64,000 bases of DNA, taken from contig JBPCLP010000021.1 of NCBI GenBank assembly GCA_051003195.1, positions 64,001 through 128,000 of the forward strand, written 5' to 3'. Below the pieces are notes generated by a model. The model searched no databases. It saw nothing but the letters and a program-made list of their open reading frames with translations, and had not been told where the DNA came from. Position 1 is the first letter of the stretch; every line of letters begins with the position of its first letter. This DNA is from Candidatus Sumerlaeaceae bacterium (GTDB lineage Bacteria > Sumerlaeota > Sumerlaeia > Sumerlaeales > Sumerlaeaceae). A program made the translations under genes and the position numbers. Below, in pieces: positions 26,804 to 36,578 of the stretch.

Positions 26804-28164
26804 ACGTGCGGATTCGAAAACCTGCGCCTCGTGGTGGCAATGGAATGTCTGCATGGCGGGTGCTGGTCAGCGGGCCGGCACTATTTGGTTCGGGGCGCCG
26901 CGCCATCGTACTCGTGCTTGTGCTGTGGGTGGTCATTGTGCTGGGGATCATCGCATCGTCGCTGGCTTTCGATGTACAGGTCAGCTCCAAGTTAACACTC
27001 ATCCAGCGCGAGCAGTTCATTGCATATAACCTGGCCAAGAGCGCTATCGCCGTGGGCATGACACACCTTCAGAACGACCTCCTCATCGAGCAGCAGGAAA
27101 ACCCGAACCAGCTTTACGATGCACCCAGCGACGTGTGGGCACAGCCCGGGCGGCGCGAAAAAGACATCGAAGTAGAGATCGATAAGGAGCACAAGGATCG
27201 CTCGTACGAGGTCGAAGTAGCCGATGAAGAAGGCAAAATTCCGCTGAACAATGCGAGCCCCCGGCTGCTGAAGGGCCTTCTGGAATTCTATGGCTACGAG
27301 GCGCCGGACTCAGATGAAGTTGCGGCTGCAATCGTCGACTACCGTGACCAGGACGACATGTGCGCGTCCGCACCCGGCGAAAAAGAAAACGAGCACTACA
27401 GCGCTGCGCTGGGGCAACGGATCAGCAATAACATGGATTCAGCGCAGCTCGCATACCAGTGCCCGAACGAACCCTTTATGACGGTCGAGCAGTTGCTGGA
27501 CGTGTACGGCATTCAGCCGGAAGTTTTTTATGGCTATGATCCGGCCGAGAGCGAGGCGCGCGACCTGAAAACGCGCGACGCCATTGCTGAGGGCCGTAAG
27601 GCACCGCGGCAGCGCCAGCGTAAAGGGCGCAAGGTGCTGCCAATGAAAGATGTGGTAAGCGTGAGTACGCAAGGGCGCGTCAACCTGAACACTGCGCCCG
27701 TGGAAGTGCTCACAGTTTTGATCTATGCGGCGAACAATTTTGCGTCCATCGACTCGGCGCACTCTGCGGCAGAGGCCATCGCCGAGTTTCGTGGTGACGG
27801 CAGGCGCGGCAGGATTCCGAACGAAGAGGATGCATTTAAAAGCCTTCCGGATGTGGCCAAGGTGCCGGGAGTCGACGCGAATGCATTGAACCAGCTTGGC
27901 GGCATGGGAGTGCAGCCCTCCTTTCATTCGGAGATCTTCTCGGTATTGGGCATTGGCAAGACGGCACGGGCGCAACGCACGATCACAGCGGTAGTCGAAC
28001 GGAAGCTGGAAGTATTTGACCCTAACAGTGCGCGTCTCTCAAGCAACAAGAACGGTCGCACGCCAGCTCGCCGTGTGCCGGGCAGCCGAAGAAAAAAAGG
28101 CGGGGAACAACAGGATGATTACATTCGGGTACCGGCAGTGCGCGTACTGCAGTGGATCGATTGA
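26800..28164 (+). CDS. gspK: GspK-like pseudopilin
   Basis: RRA|IVLVLVLW with no Glu5; DEEGKIPLN, AIVDYRDQD, NEPFMTVEQL, RVNLNTAP. Confidence 0.85.
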   Translation: MNVRIRKPAPRGGNGMSAWRVLVSGPALFGSGRRAIVLVLVLWVVIVLGIIASSLAFDVQVSSKLTLIQREQFIAYNLAKSAIAVGMTHLQNDLLIEQQENPNQLYDAPSDVWAQPGRREKDIEVEIDKEHKDRSYEVEVADEEGKIPLNNASPRLLKGLLEFYGYEAPDSDEVAAAIVDYRDQDDMCASAPGEKENEHYSAALGQRISNNMDSAQLAYQCPNEPFMTVEQLLDVYGIQPEVFYGYDPAESEARDLKTRDAIAEGRKAPRQRQRKGRKVLPMKDVVSVSTQGRVNLNTAPVEVLTVLIYAANNFASIDSAHSAAEAIAEFRGDGRRGRIPNEEDAFKSLPDVAKVPGVDANALNQLGGMGVQPSFHSEIFSVLGIGKTARAQRTITAVVERKLEVFDPNSARLSSNKNGRTPARRVPGSRRKKGGEQQDDYIRVPAVRVLQWID

Positions 28165-28210
28165 AACATGACATCAGATAACCACCTCGGCGATTCTCGA
28201 ACGGAGACCT

Positions 28211-30100
28211 ATGGCCGCTAGTTTAGCCATAGAATTTACCGACGTCGACTGCAAGCTTGTGCACGTAGAGCGCGGCAAGGGCGGGCGTTTGACCGTGCGC
28301 GTGATGTCCTCGTTTGAACTTTCAAAAGACGAGAACGTTGAAGCTCGCGTGACGCAACGAGCGCAACTTCTGCGGGATGCATTGAAGGCCGGTAAGATAA
28401 AGCCGCAGGCGGTACGGGTTGTAATTCCAAAGAATTTCGTAATGGCCCGCACCGTCACTTTGCCTTCGGTGGATGAGAACGAGATTGTGGGTATGGCCCG
28501 GTTCGAGGCAGAGCGCCACATCCCGTTCAATGCAGACCGCCACATTGTCTCGCACCATACATTGTCGAAGCAGGGAATGCAGGGCAGTGATGTGCTTCTG
28601 GCTGCGGTGGATCAACCGATCGCGCAGGAGTACCTGGATGTCTGCGCGAAAGCCGGGCTGACGGTCGAGGGAATCAGCGTTTCGTCGCTGGCCGTGTTTA
28701 ACGCGTTTGCGGCAGCCGAGCCAACCGCCCTGGCCGAGCGTGTGGTCGCAGTGGTGAACATCGGGCGCGCAGGTACCGACCTTGTAATCGCGACGAATGG
28801 TAACGTGACGTTCACACGTGGTTCAACGCTGGGGCTGAACAAGTTACTGGCAGAGCTGGAGTCCGCGGGGCTTGAGAGACCGTTCGAGCTGCAGGACCTC
28901 TCGCAGGTGGACGCACTGGAGCCACATCTGTATTTCCGCAGGCCAGGATCGTCGCCTGCGGAGCCTGTGCCGGTTATTTACGATGAACTGGCATCCGTCC
29001 ATGGCGCAATTCCGCCGCCGCCTCCCATTCCCGACGGCTTTAGCGCGGTTGGGGGCGGGCAAGCTGACATTAACATGAGCGGCATCTACCGCTCGGGTGC
29101 ATCTTCTGCTGCGGCCGAGATAAGCGCACATCTTATCCCTCCTTCGGAAGCGGTTGCACCCGACAACCCTGGTGCGGTGGCCTTTCGCGGCTGGCTCATT
29201 CGAGTTCTGCAGGAAGTAAAACGAACGTACGAGTTCGCACATCGTGAGTTCGACATACCACTCATCACTCACATATACCTGGCCGGTGAAGGCACGGCGA
29301 TTCATAATCTGTCCCAGTATTTCCGCGTGAACTTCAGTGTCGAGGCATCGGTATTCGATCCGTTGCGCGGCGCGCAGCCGACGAAGAAGCTGCCGCAGTC
29401 GGCGCGCGATCGCTCGGCTGCTTTCGCGGCAGCCATTGGTGCATTGGTTGCCGACGCGACCCCACATGCAGTTCGCGTGAACCTGCTTCCAATGGAGTAC
29501 CTGCAGCGGCGGCTTGCGAAGAAACAGCAGCGCTCGTACATCGTGACGGGGGTCTTGCTGCTGGCCGCGCTTGGTATGGGATACATGTACATGTCAGACA
29601 AGTTCGAGCAGAAGCGCGACATGCTTTCCGAGCTTCTGGATCGCAACGCCAAGGACAAGACACGCGTGGGAGACCTTGAGAGCAAGAAGCAGCGGCTGGA
29701 GATCATCCGCAGTAACGTGCAGGAGGACCAGGGTGCGCTGGAAGTGTTGGAAAAACTGAGCGAGCTCTCGCTCGTTCCTTCGAAAGTGACGCTGACTCGC
29801 TTTGAGTATAAAAAAGGCGACTTCGTCAAGGTCCAGGGCCACGCCAAGGATCTTTCATCCGCAAACCAGGTGGTGGCCGAGCTTCGGAAAATGCAAACTC
29901 CGGATGGCCGGCTCTACTTTGACGAAGCCAAAATGGACGACAATTCCCTGGCGACACGAAACCCGCGCGGAAAAGGAACGGACGCGGTGATCGAGTACTC
30001 GGCCACGGCAACGTTCCCAAAGAAGAAAAAGAAAACTTCGAGCCAGAGCTCGGAAGCAGCGGCATCCGAAGAAGGAGGTGCTGCCGGTGGCACTCAGTAA
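28211..30100 (+). CDS. PilM-PilN (GspL-like) fusion protein
   Basis: Actin-like PilM domain (FEAERHIPF, VNIGRAGT, IYLAGEG), then a PilN-type VNLLP motif, a TM helix and a periplasmic coiled-coil domain. Confidence 0.8.
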   Translation: MAASLAIEFTDVDCKLVHVERGKGGRLTVRVMSSFELSKDENVEARVTQRAQLLRDALKAGKIKPQAVRVVIPKNFVMARTVTLPSVDENEIVGMARFEAERHIPFNADRHIVSHHTLSKQGMQGSDVLLAAVDQPIAQEYLDVCAKAGLTVEGISVSSLAVFNAFAAAEPTALAERVVAVVNIGRAGTDLVIATNGNVTFTRGSTLGLNKLLAELESAGLERPFELQDLSQVDALEPHLYFRRPGSSPAEPVPVIYDELASVHGAIPPPPPIPDGFSAVGGGQADINMSGIYRSGASSAAAEISAHLIPPSEAVAPDNPGAVAFRGWLIRVLQEVKRTYEFAHREFDIPLITHIYLAGEGTAIHNLSQYFRVNFSVEASVFDPLRGAQPTKKLPQSARDRSAAFAAAIGALVADATPHAVRVNLLPMEYLQRRLAKKQQRSYIVTGVLLLAALGMGYMYMSDKFEQKRDMLSELLDRNAKDKTRVGDLESKKQRLEIIRSNVQEDQGALEVLEKLSELSLVPSKVTLTRFEYKKGDFVKVQGHAKDLSSANQVVAELRKMQTPDGRLYFDEAKMDDNSLATRNPRGKGTDAVIEYSATATFPKKKKKTSSQSSEAAASEEGGAAGGTQ

Positions 30101-30698
30101 GCGCGATTCGAGCATCGCATACGCAATGGGGGTAATGCTGGTGGCGTACCTGCTGTGGGTGTTTGGCATCGAACCAGTATACCGGCAGTATGTCGAGTTG
30201 AACGAGGACCTGCAGCGCCAGGAAGAGCAATTCAGCAAGAACCAGAAAACGCTGGCTGAGGCGCGTAAAATCGAAGAGGGTTACAAGCGCGTGGAAGCGC
30301 AGTTCCCCCCGGACGTTCCTGATAAGGACCCGGCCGACGTGTTTATCGAGGAAGTGGATGCCCTCGTCACGGAGAGAGTCGGAAAGCGGCCGGACTTAAA
30401 GCCCACAAGCAGCGAGCAGATCAAGGGCGCGAAGGGATATGAGATGCTGAGCTTCCCGATTTCGATTCGAAACGTAGAATTGAAACCGATCGCCGAGCTG
30501 TTGAAGGCATTCGACCAGCGCGGCTACCTCGTGCTGAACGCGACACTCAACCGCGCCGCGAACCTCGATAAGAACGAACTCGATTCGGTGGATATCACGC
30601 TGGCGCGGATCGTTAAACCTGAGGAACCTGAACCCCCGGTTCGCCCGGTTCGTATACCCCGCCTGGGTGGCGCTCCTGCCGCGAGAGAGCCGTCATGA
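30087..30698 (+). CDS. PilO/GspM-like bitopic membrane protein
   Basis: AGGAGG at 30073-30078; N-terminal LSKRD + TM + coiled coil; operon position. Confidence 0.65.
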   Translation: MALSKRDSSIAYAMGVMLVAYLLWVFGIEPVYRQYVELNEDLQRQEEQFSKNQKTLAEARKIEEGYKRVEAQFPPDVPDKDPADVFIEEVDALVTERVGKRPDLKPTSSEQIKGAKGYEMLSFPISIRNVELKPIAELLKAFDQRGYLVLNATLNRAANLDKNELDSVDITLARIVKPEEPEPPVRPVRIPRLGGAPAAREPS

Positions 30699-31315
30699 AC
30701 CGCCAGGAAATTCTACTGAACCTTACACTGATCACGGTAATCGGTGCGCTTGGTTATTCGATTTACGATGCGCGGCAGAACCGTCCCGAGATTTCGGGCA
30801 TTCGCAGCTCCGAGGAGCTTGCCGTGCAGGATACCGAGGACATCAGCACGGAAACGACGTATAATCGCAGGCAAGCGGACCTGAAATTCCCCAAGGTCGG
30901 GAACACGGACCTCTTCAAGGCGATCATTCCGCCTACACCTTCACCCATACCGCCCACACCCAAGCCAACCGATACGCCAAACATCCATGCAGCTCTTAAT
31001 GCCTGGAAGGTGCTGTCGGTGCAGGACGGGACGGCGACAATCGAAGACGTCATTAAGTCACGCGCCGGTATAGAGGACGCTGTTTTCGATATGAAGCCGG
31101 GAGATACTCGACCGATCGACATCGGCGGCGGGCAGACGAGGCCCGTTAAGCTCGACAGTGCGGACGAGGTGACCAATCCGGACCAGCCCTCCGCTACCTT
31201 CAGCATGCAGGACACACAAGCCGTTCGAACATTGAAGATGGGTGACGAGGCCGGCGCAAATGCGGCGGGTAAACCCCCTGAAGGCCAGCCTCAGCAGGCA
31301 CCGGCTCCTCAGTGA
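30695..31315 (+). CDS. Membrane-anchored hypothetical protein in the GspC/PilP position
   Basis: N-terminal TM, Pro/Thr linker (PPTPSPIPPTPKPT), beta-rich domain; ATGA overlap; precedes the secretin. Confidence 0.55.
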   Translation: MNRQEILLNLTLITVIGALGYSIYDARQNRPEISGIRSSEELAVQDTEDISTETTYNRRQADLKFPKVGNTDLFKAIIPPTPSPIPPTPKPTDTPNIHAALNAWKVLSVQDGTATIEDVIKSRAGIEDAVFDMKPGDTRPIDIGGGQTRPVKLDSADEVTNPDQPSATFSMQDTQAVRTLKMGDEAGANAAGKPPEGQPQQAPAPQ

Positions 31316-31474
31316 TCTCAGTTACGAAACACACGATGCGTTTGGCTTCAACACAGGACAACAGCGCCCGCATGGCACCCTGTTTCCTGAAATGCGAATG
31401 CTGCTTCAAATCACAAAAGCTGTAGACAACCACATCTTCGGAGAAGACTCCGTTAGCTCTTGCCAGGAGAAGAA

Positions 31475-33961
31475 ATGTACGGGATGAAGAAGGCAAAGCG
31501 CGCTGGCGCACTCCGCATGGCCATCATGGCGTTGGCGGTGATTTCAATTGGTATGGCCGTGCACGCGCAAGAAGACGCGCCTGCGGCAACCAACGGTCCT
31601 GCCATGGCAGGCGGCGCGGCCGACGCTCAGACAAGTCCGTCCGGACCCATTGGCGACCGCAAGATCACCGTGGTTTCGATGGGTTTCACGATCGATCGAA
31701 TTGTTGCGAAGTTCGCCGAGCAGGGCGTCACAGTGGCAGCGCGCGGCAAAGTCGCCGGGCAAAAAATACCCAGCTACATCGTGCGCAACGCACCGATCAA
31801 GGATGCGCTGGTACAGCTAGTCAATTCGCAGCCAAACTGGCTGCTCTTTGAGCCGACCGATCGACCTGGTACGTTTGAAATCTGGGACCAGGAAAGCTAC
31901 AGAACAGAAGTGCTTCCTCGCATGGTGCGGCAGAAGACTTTTTTGCCGCGCGAGATCACGGCTGAGGAAGCCTACAAGGCGATCCAGGGTGTGATTACCC
32001 CGACCATCGGCACAGCCGCGTACGATCCCCGTTCGAACAAAGTTTTCGTGACCGACCTTCTTCCTGTGCTCGAGCTGGTGCAGCGGCTCATTGAGCAGAT
32101 CGACGTGAAGTTCCTCACGCGTGTGTTCCTGATCCACCATGCGGACATCAATTCCATAGCCGAGAAGCTGGGCAACATGAAGAGCCCGGCGGCCACCGCA
32201 CCCGAAGTGGATGAACGGACGCGGCAAATCATCGTCCGTGACCGCCTTGACGTGCTTCGTCAGATGGACCTGATGGTCGAGACGCTGGATATCGGCCCCG
32301 ACTTGCGCGTCTACGACCTGAACAACATGGGCATCCAGGGCGATGAGATCGACCAGATTGAAGAGGCCATCAGCGAAGTAATCACAGAGGGGGCTCTCTT
32401 CAAGATAAACATCCGCCAGAGCCGGATGATTCTGCGCGACGTGCCCGATGTTCACGATCAGGTGGAAAAGATTCTCGCCGCGTTCGACCAGCCGATTCGC
32501 CAGGTGCTGCTACAAGCCGAGATTATCGAAACGGAGTTTTCGGAAGGGTTCAACTATAGCGTCGACTACGCGTTCAGCCGCGATCTTTTCGCAGCGGTTA
32601 CGGATAAACTTACGGGAACACTTGTGCCGACGGGCTCGGGTGTGACGCCGGGAACCGGAACCACGCCAGGTACAGGCGACGCGGATACACTGGGCTTTAT
32701 CAATTTCCGCAAAGAGTTCCCGATCATCCAGGGCGGCTCGAGTGGCATCAACGCGCAGTTTCTCAGCAAATACGCGTTTATTAAACTGCAGGCGGCGATG
32801 AGCGACTCGCGGACCCGCGTGCTGCAGCAGCCACGGGTGCTTGTAGAAAATCAGAAAACAGCGACGTTTGTCGTTGGCCAAAAGATACCGTTTTTTACAG
32901 GCGGTTCCATTGGCTCGGTAAATTCAGGCAATAACCAGGTGCTGACACCGTCACAGCCTGTGCAGCAGTTGCTGACTGTCGGTCTGGATCTCGAAATCAC
33001 GCCGGTGATCGCCAACAATGGTTTGGTTGAAATGGAAGTAAGTGTTCGCAACAACACTCCTCTGTTTACCACTGTGCGATTTGCAGGGCAGGATTATACG
33101 GGTGTGGGCAGCAATAACCAGGAGATCGAAACAACACTGCTGATCCCAAGCGGCGAGACGCGGGTCATTGGTGGCCTTGTTGCCGATTCAAAGAGCGAAC
33201 AGCGCAGCGGGATCCCGGGCCTGTACCGCATACCTGTGATCGGGCCTGCACTTTTCGGCAGCCTTAATAAGCCTGCTAACGACAACCGACGCCGTAATCT
33301 CCTCATCTTCCTGACGCCGACGATTGTACAGGAGAAGGCTGGCGATCTATTGAAGTATAAGGGCCGCGTCATGCAGGACGTAGCCGAGGAACTGACGACA
33401 CCAACTGCTACGCTCAGTGATTACGACGTGGCCTCTCTACTGCCGCCAGACAAGACAAGTTATGGCAGCCTGCGCGATCAGTCGACCCCTCCTCCCCTGC
33501 TTCCCCTGGATCTTGGGACACCTGGGGAGACGAACGGAGTACCCGCTGTGGAGCTTCCCCCTGTAGAGACGGCGCCGCCTGCGGAAGAATTGCATCCGCT
33601 TCGGAGCGCCATCCCAGATCCGTACTCGGTCGGCACCGGTGAGATGGCGGAGCTGAAAAAGATCAGTATCGATAGCAGCAAATTTACGACTACGGATTCG
33701 CTGCGTTCGCTGCTGCCGCGCATCCCGGCTCCCAGCGGAGCGCTGGGCGGCACGGTGGGCACTGGCGCAAAGACTGCAGGAACAGGCACGGCTCCCGCCC
33801 CTGGCACGGTGCCAGGAGCGGCAGGTGCCCGTCCGGCGCCTTCAGTTGCAACCCCGGGCGTTTTCCAGCCACCCGCCACCGCGACTACCATCATCACCAG
33901 CCCCGTAGTGACGCCTGCGCCGGCTGCTACAGCTCCGCCCACCGAGACCAGGATCCGCTAA
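31475..33961 (+). CDS. gspD: Secretin GspD/PilQ family with long low-complexity C-terminal tail
   Basis: Secretin N-domain repeats (YDPRSNKVFV, VDERTRQIIV), DQPIRQVLLQAEIIE, GETRVIGGL, NLLIFLTPTIV; AGGAG at 31465-31469. Confidence 0.9.
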   Translation: MYGMKKAKRAGALRMAIMALAVISIGMAVHAQEDAPAATNGPAMAGGAADAQTSPSGPIGDRKITVVSMGFTIDRIVAKFAEQGVTVAARGKVAGQKIPSYIVRNAPIKDALVQLVNSQPNWLLFEPTDRPGTFEIWDQESYRTEVLPRMVRQKTFLPREITAEEAYKAIQGVITPTIGTAAYDPRSNKVFVTDLLPVLELVQRLIEQIDVKFLTRVFLIHHADINSIAEKLGNMKSPAATAPEVDERTRQIIVRDRLDVLRQMDLMVETLDIGPDLRVYDLNNMGIQGDEIDQIEEAISEVITEGALFKINIRQSRMILRDVPDVHDQVEKILAAFDQPIRQVLLQAEIIETEFSEGFNYSVDYAFSRDLFAAVTDKLTGTLVPTGSGVTPGTGTTPGTGDADTLGFINFRKEFPIIQGGSSGINAQFLSKYAFIKLQAAMSDSRTRVLQQPRVLVENQKTATFVVGQKIPFFTGGSIGSVNSGNNQVLTPSQPVQQLLTVGLDLEITPVIANNGLVEMEVSVRNNTPLFTTVRFAGQDYTGVGSNNQEIETTLLIPSGETRVIGGLVADSKSEQRSGIPGLYRIPVIGPALFGSLNKPANDNRRRNLLIFLTPTIVQEKAGDLLKYKGRVMQDVAEELTTPTATLSDYDVASLLPPDKTSYGSLRDQSTPPPLLPLDLGTPGETNGVPAVELPPVETAPPAEELHPLRSAIPDPYSVGTGEMAELKKISIDSSKFTTTDSLRSLLPRIPAPSGALGGTVGTGAKTAGTGTAPAPGTVPGAAGARPAPSVATPGVFQPPATATTIITSPVVTPAPAATAPPTETRIR

Positions 33962-33993
33962 GCACCTCAGCCTAATCCTGTGCTGGAGACAGT

Positions 33994-34332
33994 ATGGAAA
34001 ACCTAAAGCAGGACCTGCGCGCGTTCATTGCCGAGCGCGACTGGAAGCAGTTTCATTCACCCAAGAACCTGGCAATGGCGCTGGCCGTCGAAGCTGCGGA
34101 GTTAATGGAGCCGTTTCAGTGGCTGACAGAGGAACAAAGCCGAGCCCTGCCTGCGGAAAAGCATGCACTTGTGAAAGACGAGCTGGCCGACGTATTAATC
34201 TACCTTGTCCGACTTGCCGACGAGCTGAACGTCGATCTGCTCGAGGCTGCACACGCCAAGCTTGGAAAAAACCGGGCGAAGTATCCGCCGGACCAGGTGC
34301 GTGGAAAGGCACTGAAATACAACGAATACTAG
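33994..34332 (+). CDS. MazG-like nucleotide pyrophosphohydrolase (dCTP pyrophosphatase type)
   Basis: ERDWKQFHSPKNL, EAAELME, ELADV, KNRAKYP. Confidence 0.9.
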   Translation: MENLKQDLRAFIAERDWKQFHSPKNLAMALAVEAAELMEPFQWLTEEQSRALPAEKHALVKDELADVLIYLVRLADELNVDLLEAAHAKLGKNRAKYPPDQVRGKALKYNEY

Positions 34333-34376
34333 TATGCTGTCTCAGAATTTCGCAGCATAATTCAGTTCGAGTTTTT

Positions 34377-34481
34377 TGCACCGAAGGTGCAGCGGGACAA
34401 AGCCCAGGGTCAGGATTCCGGCTTTTTGGAATCCGCAGCCCTGGGTTACAGCACCCCATTTTTCGCGCCCTGAAGGGGCGC
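34377..34481. repeat. REP-like palindromic cluster between convergent genes
   Basis: TGCACC-GAA-GGTGCA (34377-34391); nested CCCAGGG..GGATTCC/GGAATCC..CCCTGGG (34403-34445); GCGCCC-TGAAG-GGGCGC (34465-34481). Confidence 0.7.
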
Positions 34482-34521
34482 CGGAAACCGGAAATATGTA
34501 CTGAAGTTCCGGTACACCACC

Positions 34522-35841
34522 CTAGCTGTCGGGCGAATGCCGTACTCTCCGCACCAGCGCATCGACCGCCTCGCGCACGCGCCGCTCAGTGGCGCGGGTG
34601 AACGGGCCTGGTAGCGCGCTCCACAACGTTGCGCGCCCGCCTTCGTAGCCGCCCTGCTCCTGGATTTCCTGCGTGGCGATGTAACCAAACATGTCGTTGC
34701 AGTAACCGGCGACCCAAACCATGCCGGGGCCGTACTGTTTTTTGAAATCGAGGGCGAATTGGACAACCGGCTCCGCGCTCATGGCGATGAGCAGCAGCTC
34801 GTCGCCGAACGAGATTACCTGCAGCGGACACGGATAGCTGGTCGGCAACGGCCTCCCGGAGTCGATCGCATCCAGCAGGAACCGCGCCTTGGTGCGCTTG
34901 GGCGGATCGTCGCAGGTGAGGTCGGCTTCCAGTTGTTCGCGCGACCGAAGTGGTTCGAAATCTAGAGGCGTTTCGGAGTACGCGATGCGGAGGGGGCCCG
35001 CGAGTGTTTTCCTCAAGGATGGTTCCATGACACCTGAATAGACCGCGTCACCGAGCGCGTATCCGTGACTCTGTGTTAAAGTAAGATCGGTTTGAATTTC
35101 AGTAGGATCCGCCTCCAATGGTGTTTTCCTCGGATCGAGATCTGCACCTGCTCCTGAAAGGTAGAAAATCGGATCCGATAAGAACATCACATCTACTTGT
35201 TCCACTGCTTCGCCTGAGAACTCGGCACAATACTGCACAAAGGTGGGAGGCAGCGTCAGATTGTGGCATGCGTAACCGAAGGCAACACTATGTATGTAGT
35301 TCTTCTCGTCGGTGGCAATCAGGATTGGAACATCGTAATCTACCGGTCCCGGTGGCTTTCGTCTATTCTCCGCAATGTCGCAACGCGTCGACGTGACATA
35401 GAGCGACGCGGGCTCAATTGACGCCAGCGCTTCTCCAATCACCTGCACCAGGTTCTGCTTAAGCTCTTCGTTGTACTTCGGGATCTTTGCAGCAAATTCC
35501 TCGGGGATTCCGAAAAATGGTGCCTTGTCGATGCGGATTTCGGGGCCCGTGTGTGTGTGCGACGCATTGAAGAGCAGGTGCTCGCGCAGGATGCCGTGTT
35601 TCTCGAAAATTAGTTCCGCGACCGGGTTGACAATCTCACGGGTGATGGCGATCAGGTCGACCGTGCAGATGACGAGCGTCGTACCGGCGGCATCCTGGAT
35701 CGCGAGTGCCTTTGCGTACAGTGGCGTTGCTGTACCGCTGGCGGGCTCGCGACGAGCGGCCCAGCCGGCCAGCCACATCGATTCCTTCGGCGTGATTTCG
35801 ACGACGGCGGTGCCGACCTTCCAGTTCAGATCGCCGTCCAT
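34522..35841 (-). CDS. Neutral/alkaline ceramidase N-terminal-domain family protein (putative hydrolase)
   Basis: EITP, LYAKALAI, ASHTHTGP, GYACH, AGYCND..GYI, EQGGYEG. Confidence 0.75.
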   Translation of the reverse strand: MDGDLNWKVGTAVVEITPKESMWLAGWAARREPASGTATPLYAKALAIQDAAGTTLVICTVDLIAITREIVNPVAELIFEKHGILREHLLFNASHTHTGPEIRIDKAPFFGIPEEFAAKIPKYNEELKQNLVQVIGEALASIEPASLYVTSTRCDIAENRRKPPGPVDYDVPILIATDEKNYIHSVAFGYACHNLTLPPTFVQYCAEFSGEAVEQVDVMFLSDPIFYLSGAGADLDPRKTPLEADPTEIQTDLTLTQSHGYALGDAVYSGVMEPSLRKTLAGPLRIAYSETPLDFEPLRSREQLEADLTCDDPPKRTKARFLLDAIDSGRPLPTSYPCPLQVISFGDELLLIAMSAEPVVQFALDFKKQYGPGMVWVAGYCNDMFGYIATQEIQEQGGYEGGRATLWSALPGPFTRATERRVREAVDALVRRVRHSPDS

Positions 35842-36578
35842 CCGCCGTCCACCGGGATGACCGCGCCCGTGATGTAACCGGCGTGATCCGATGCAAGGAA
35901 CAACGCCGCGTACGCCACATCCCCTGGTTCACCCGTGCGGCCCAGCATCGTTTTGCTCACCTGGCGCTGGTGCAACTCGCTTCCGGGTTCCGGAGAAATA
36001 CGCGTGCGGATCGGTCCCGGACAGATCACATTTGCACGAATGTTATCGTGACCGTAATCATACGCCACGCTTCGTGCGAAACCAAGCAACCCTGCTTTCA
36101 CCGTCGTGTACGCGGCGGAGTCGCGACCTCCCACCATACCCTGCACGGAACTGATAATGATGATGCGGCCATCATGTTGCGCCTGCATGTACGGAAGTAC
36201 GGCCTGCGTGAAGTACTGCGTGCCCATCAGCACGATATCCATGCACTTGCGCCATTCCTCATCGGGTGCGTCGCCGCTTTTATGAAACGCGCCAATCCAT
36301 GCCGCATTGTTTACAAGGATATCGATCCTCCCATGCAAAGCCGCGGCAGCCGCGACCACCTCGGCAACTGCTTCCTTGTTCGAGACGTCCGCCTGCACAA
36401 ACTTGCCGGAACCGATCGCGAGCAAGTGCCGTTGCAGTTCCTGCCCGGCGACGTCATCAAGGTCCGCCACCACCACATGCGCGCCTTCCTCTGCAAACGT
36501 CTCCGCAATCGAGCGTCCGATGCCGTGCGCGGCTCCGGTCACGATTGCCACTTTGCCTTCGAGCAGTTTTGTTTTCAC
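35826..36578 (-). CDS. SDR-family oxidoreductase
   Basis: TGAAHGIG, NNA, S...YTTVK, GAVIPVDGG; GTG 36578 overlaps the upstream TGA. Confidence 0.9.
   Translation of the reverse strand: MKTKLLEGKVAIVTGAAHGIGRSIAETFAEEGAHVVVADLDDVAGQELQRHLLAIGSGKFVQADVSNKEAVAEVVAAAAALHGRIDILVNNAAWIGAFHKSGDAPDEEWRKCMDIVLMGTQYFTQAVLPYMQAQHDGRIIIISSVQGMVGGRDSAAYTTVKAGLLGFARSVAYDYGHDNIRANVICPGPIRTRISPEPGSELHQRQVSKTMLGRTGEPGDVAYAALFLASDHAGYITGAVIPVDGGWTAI

Noticed and set aside
33994..34332. MazG-like gene as an anti-phage defence system
   Set aside because: It is a stand-alone housecleaning-type enzyme with no defence partners adjacent.
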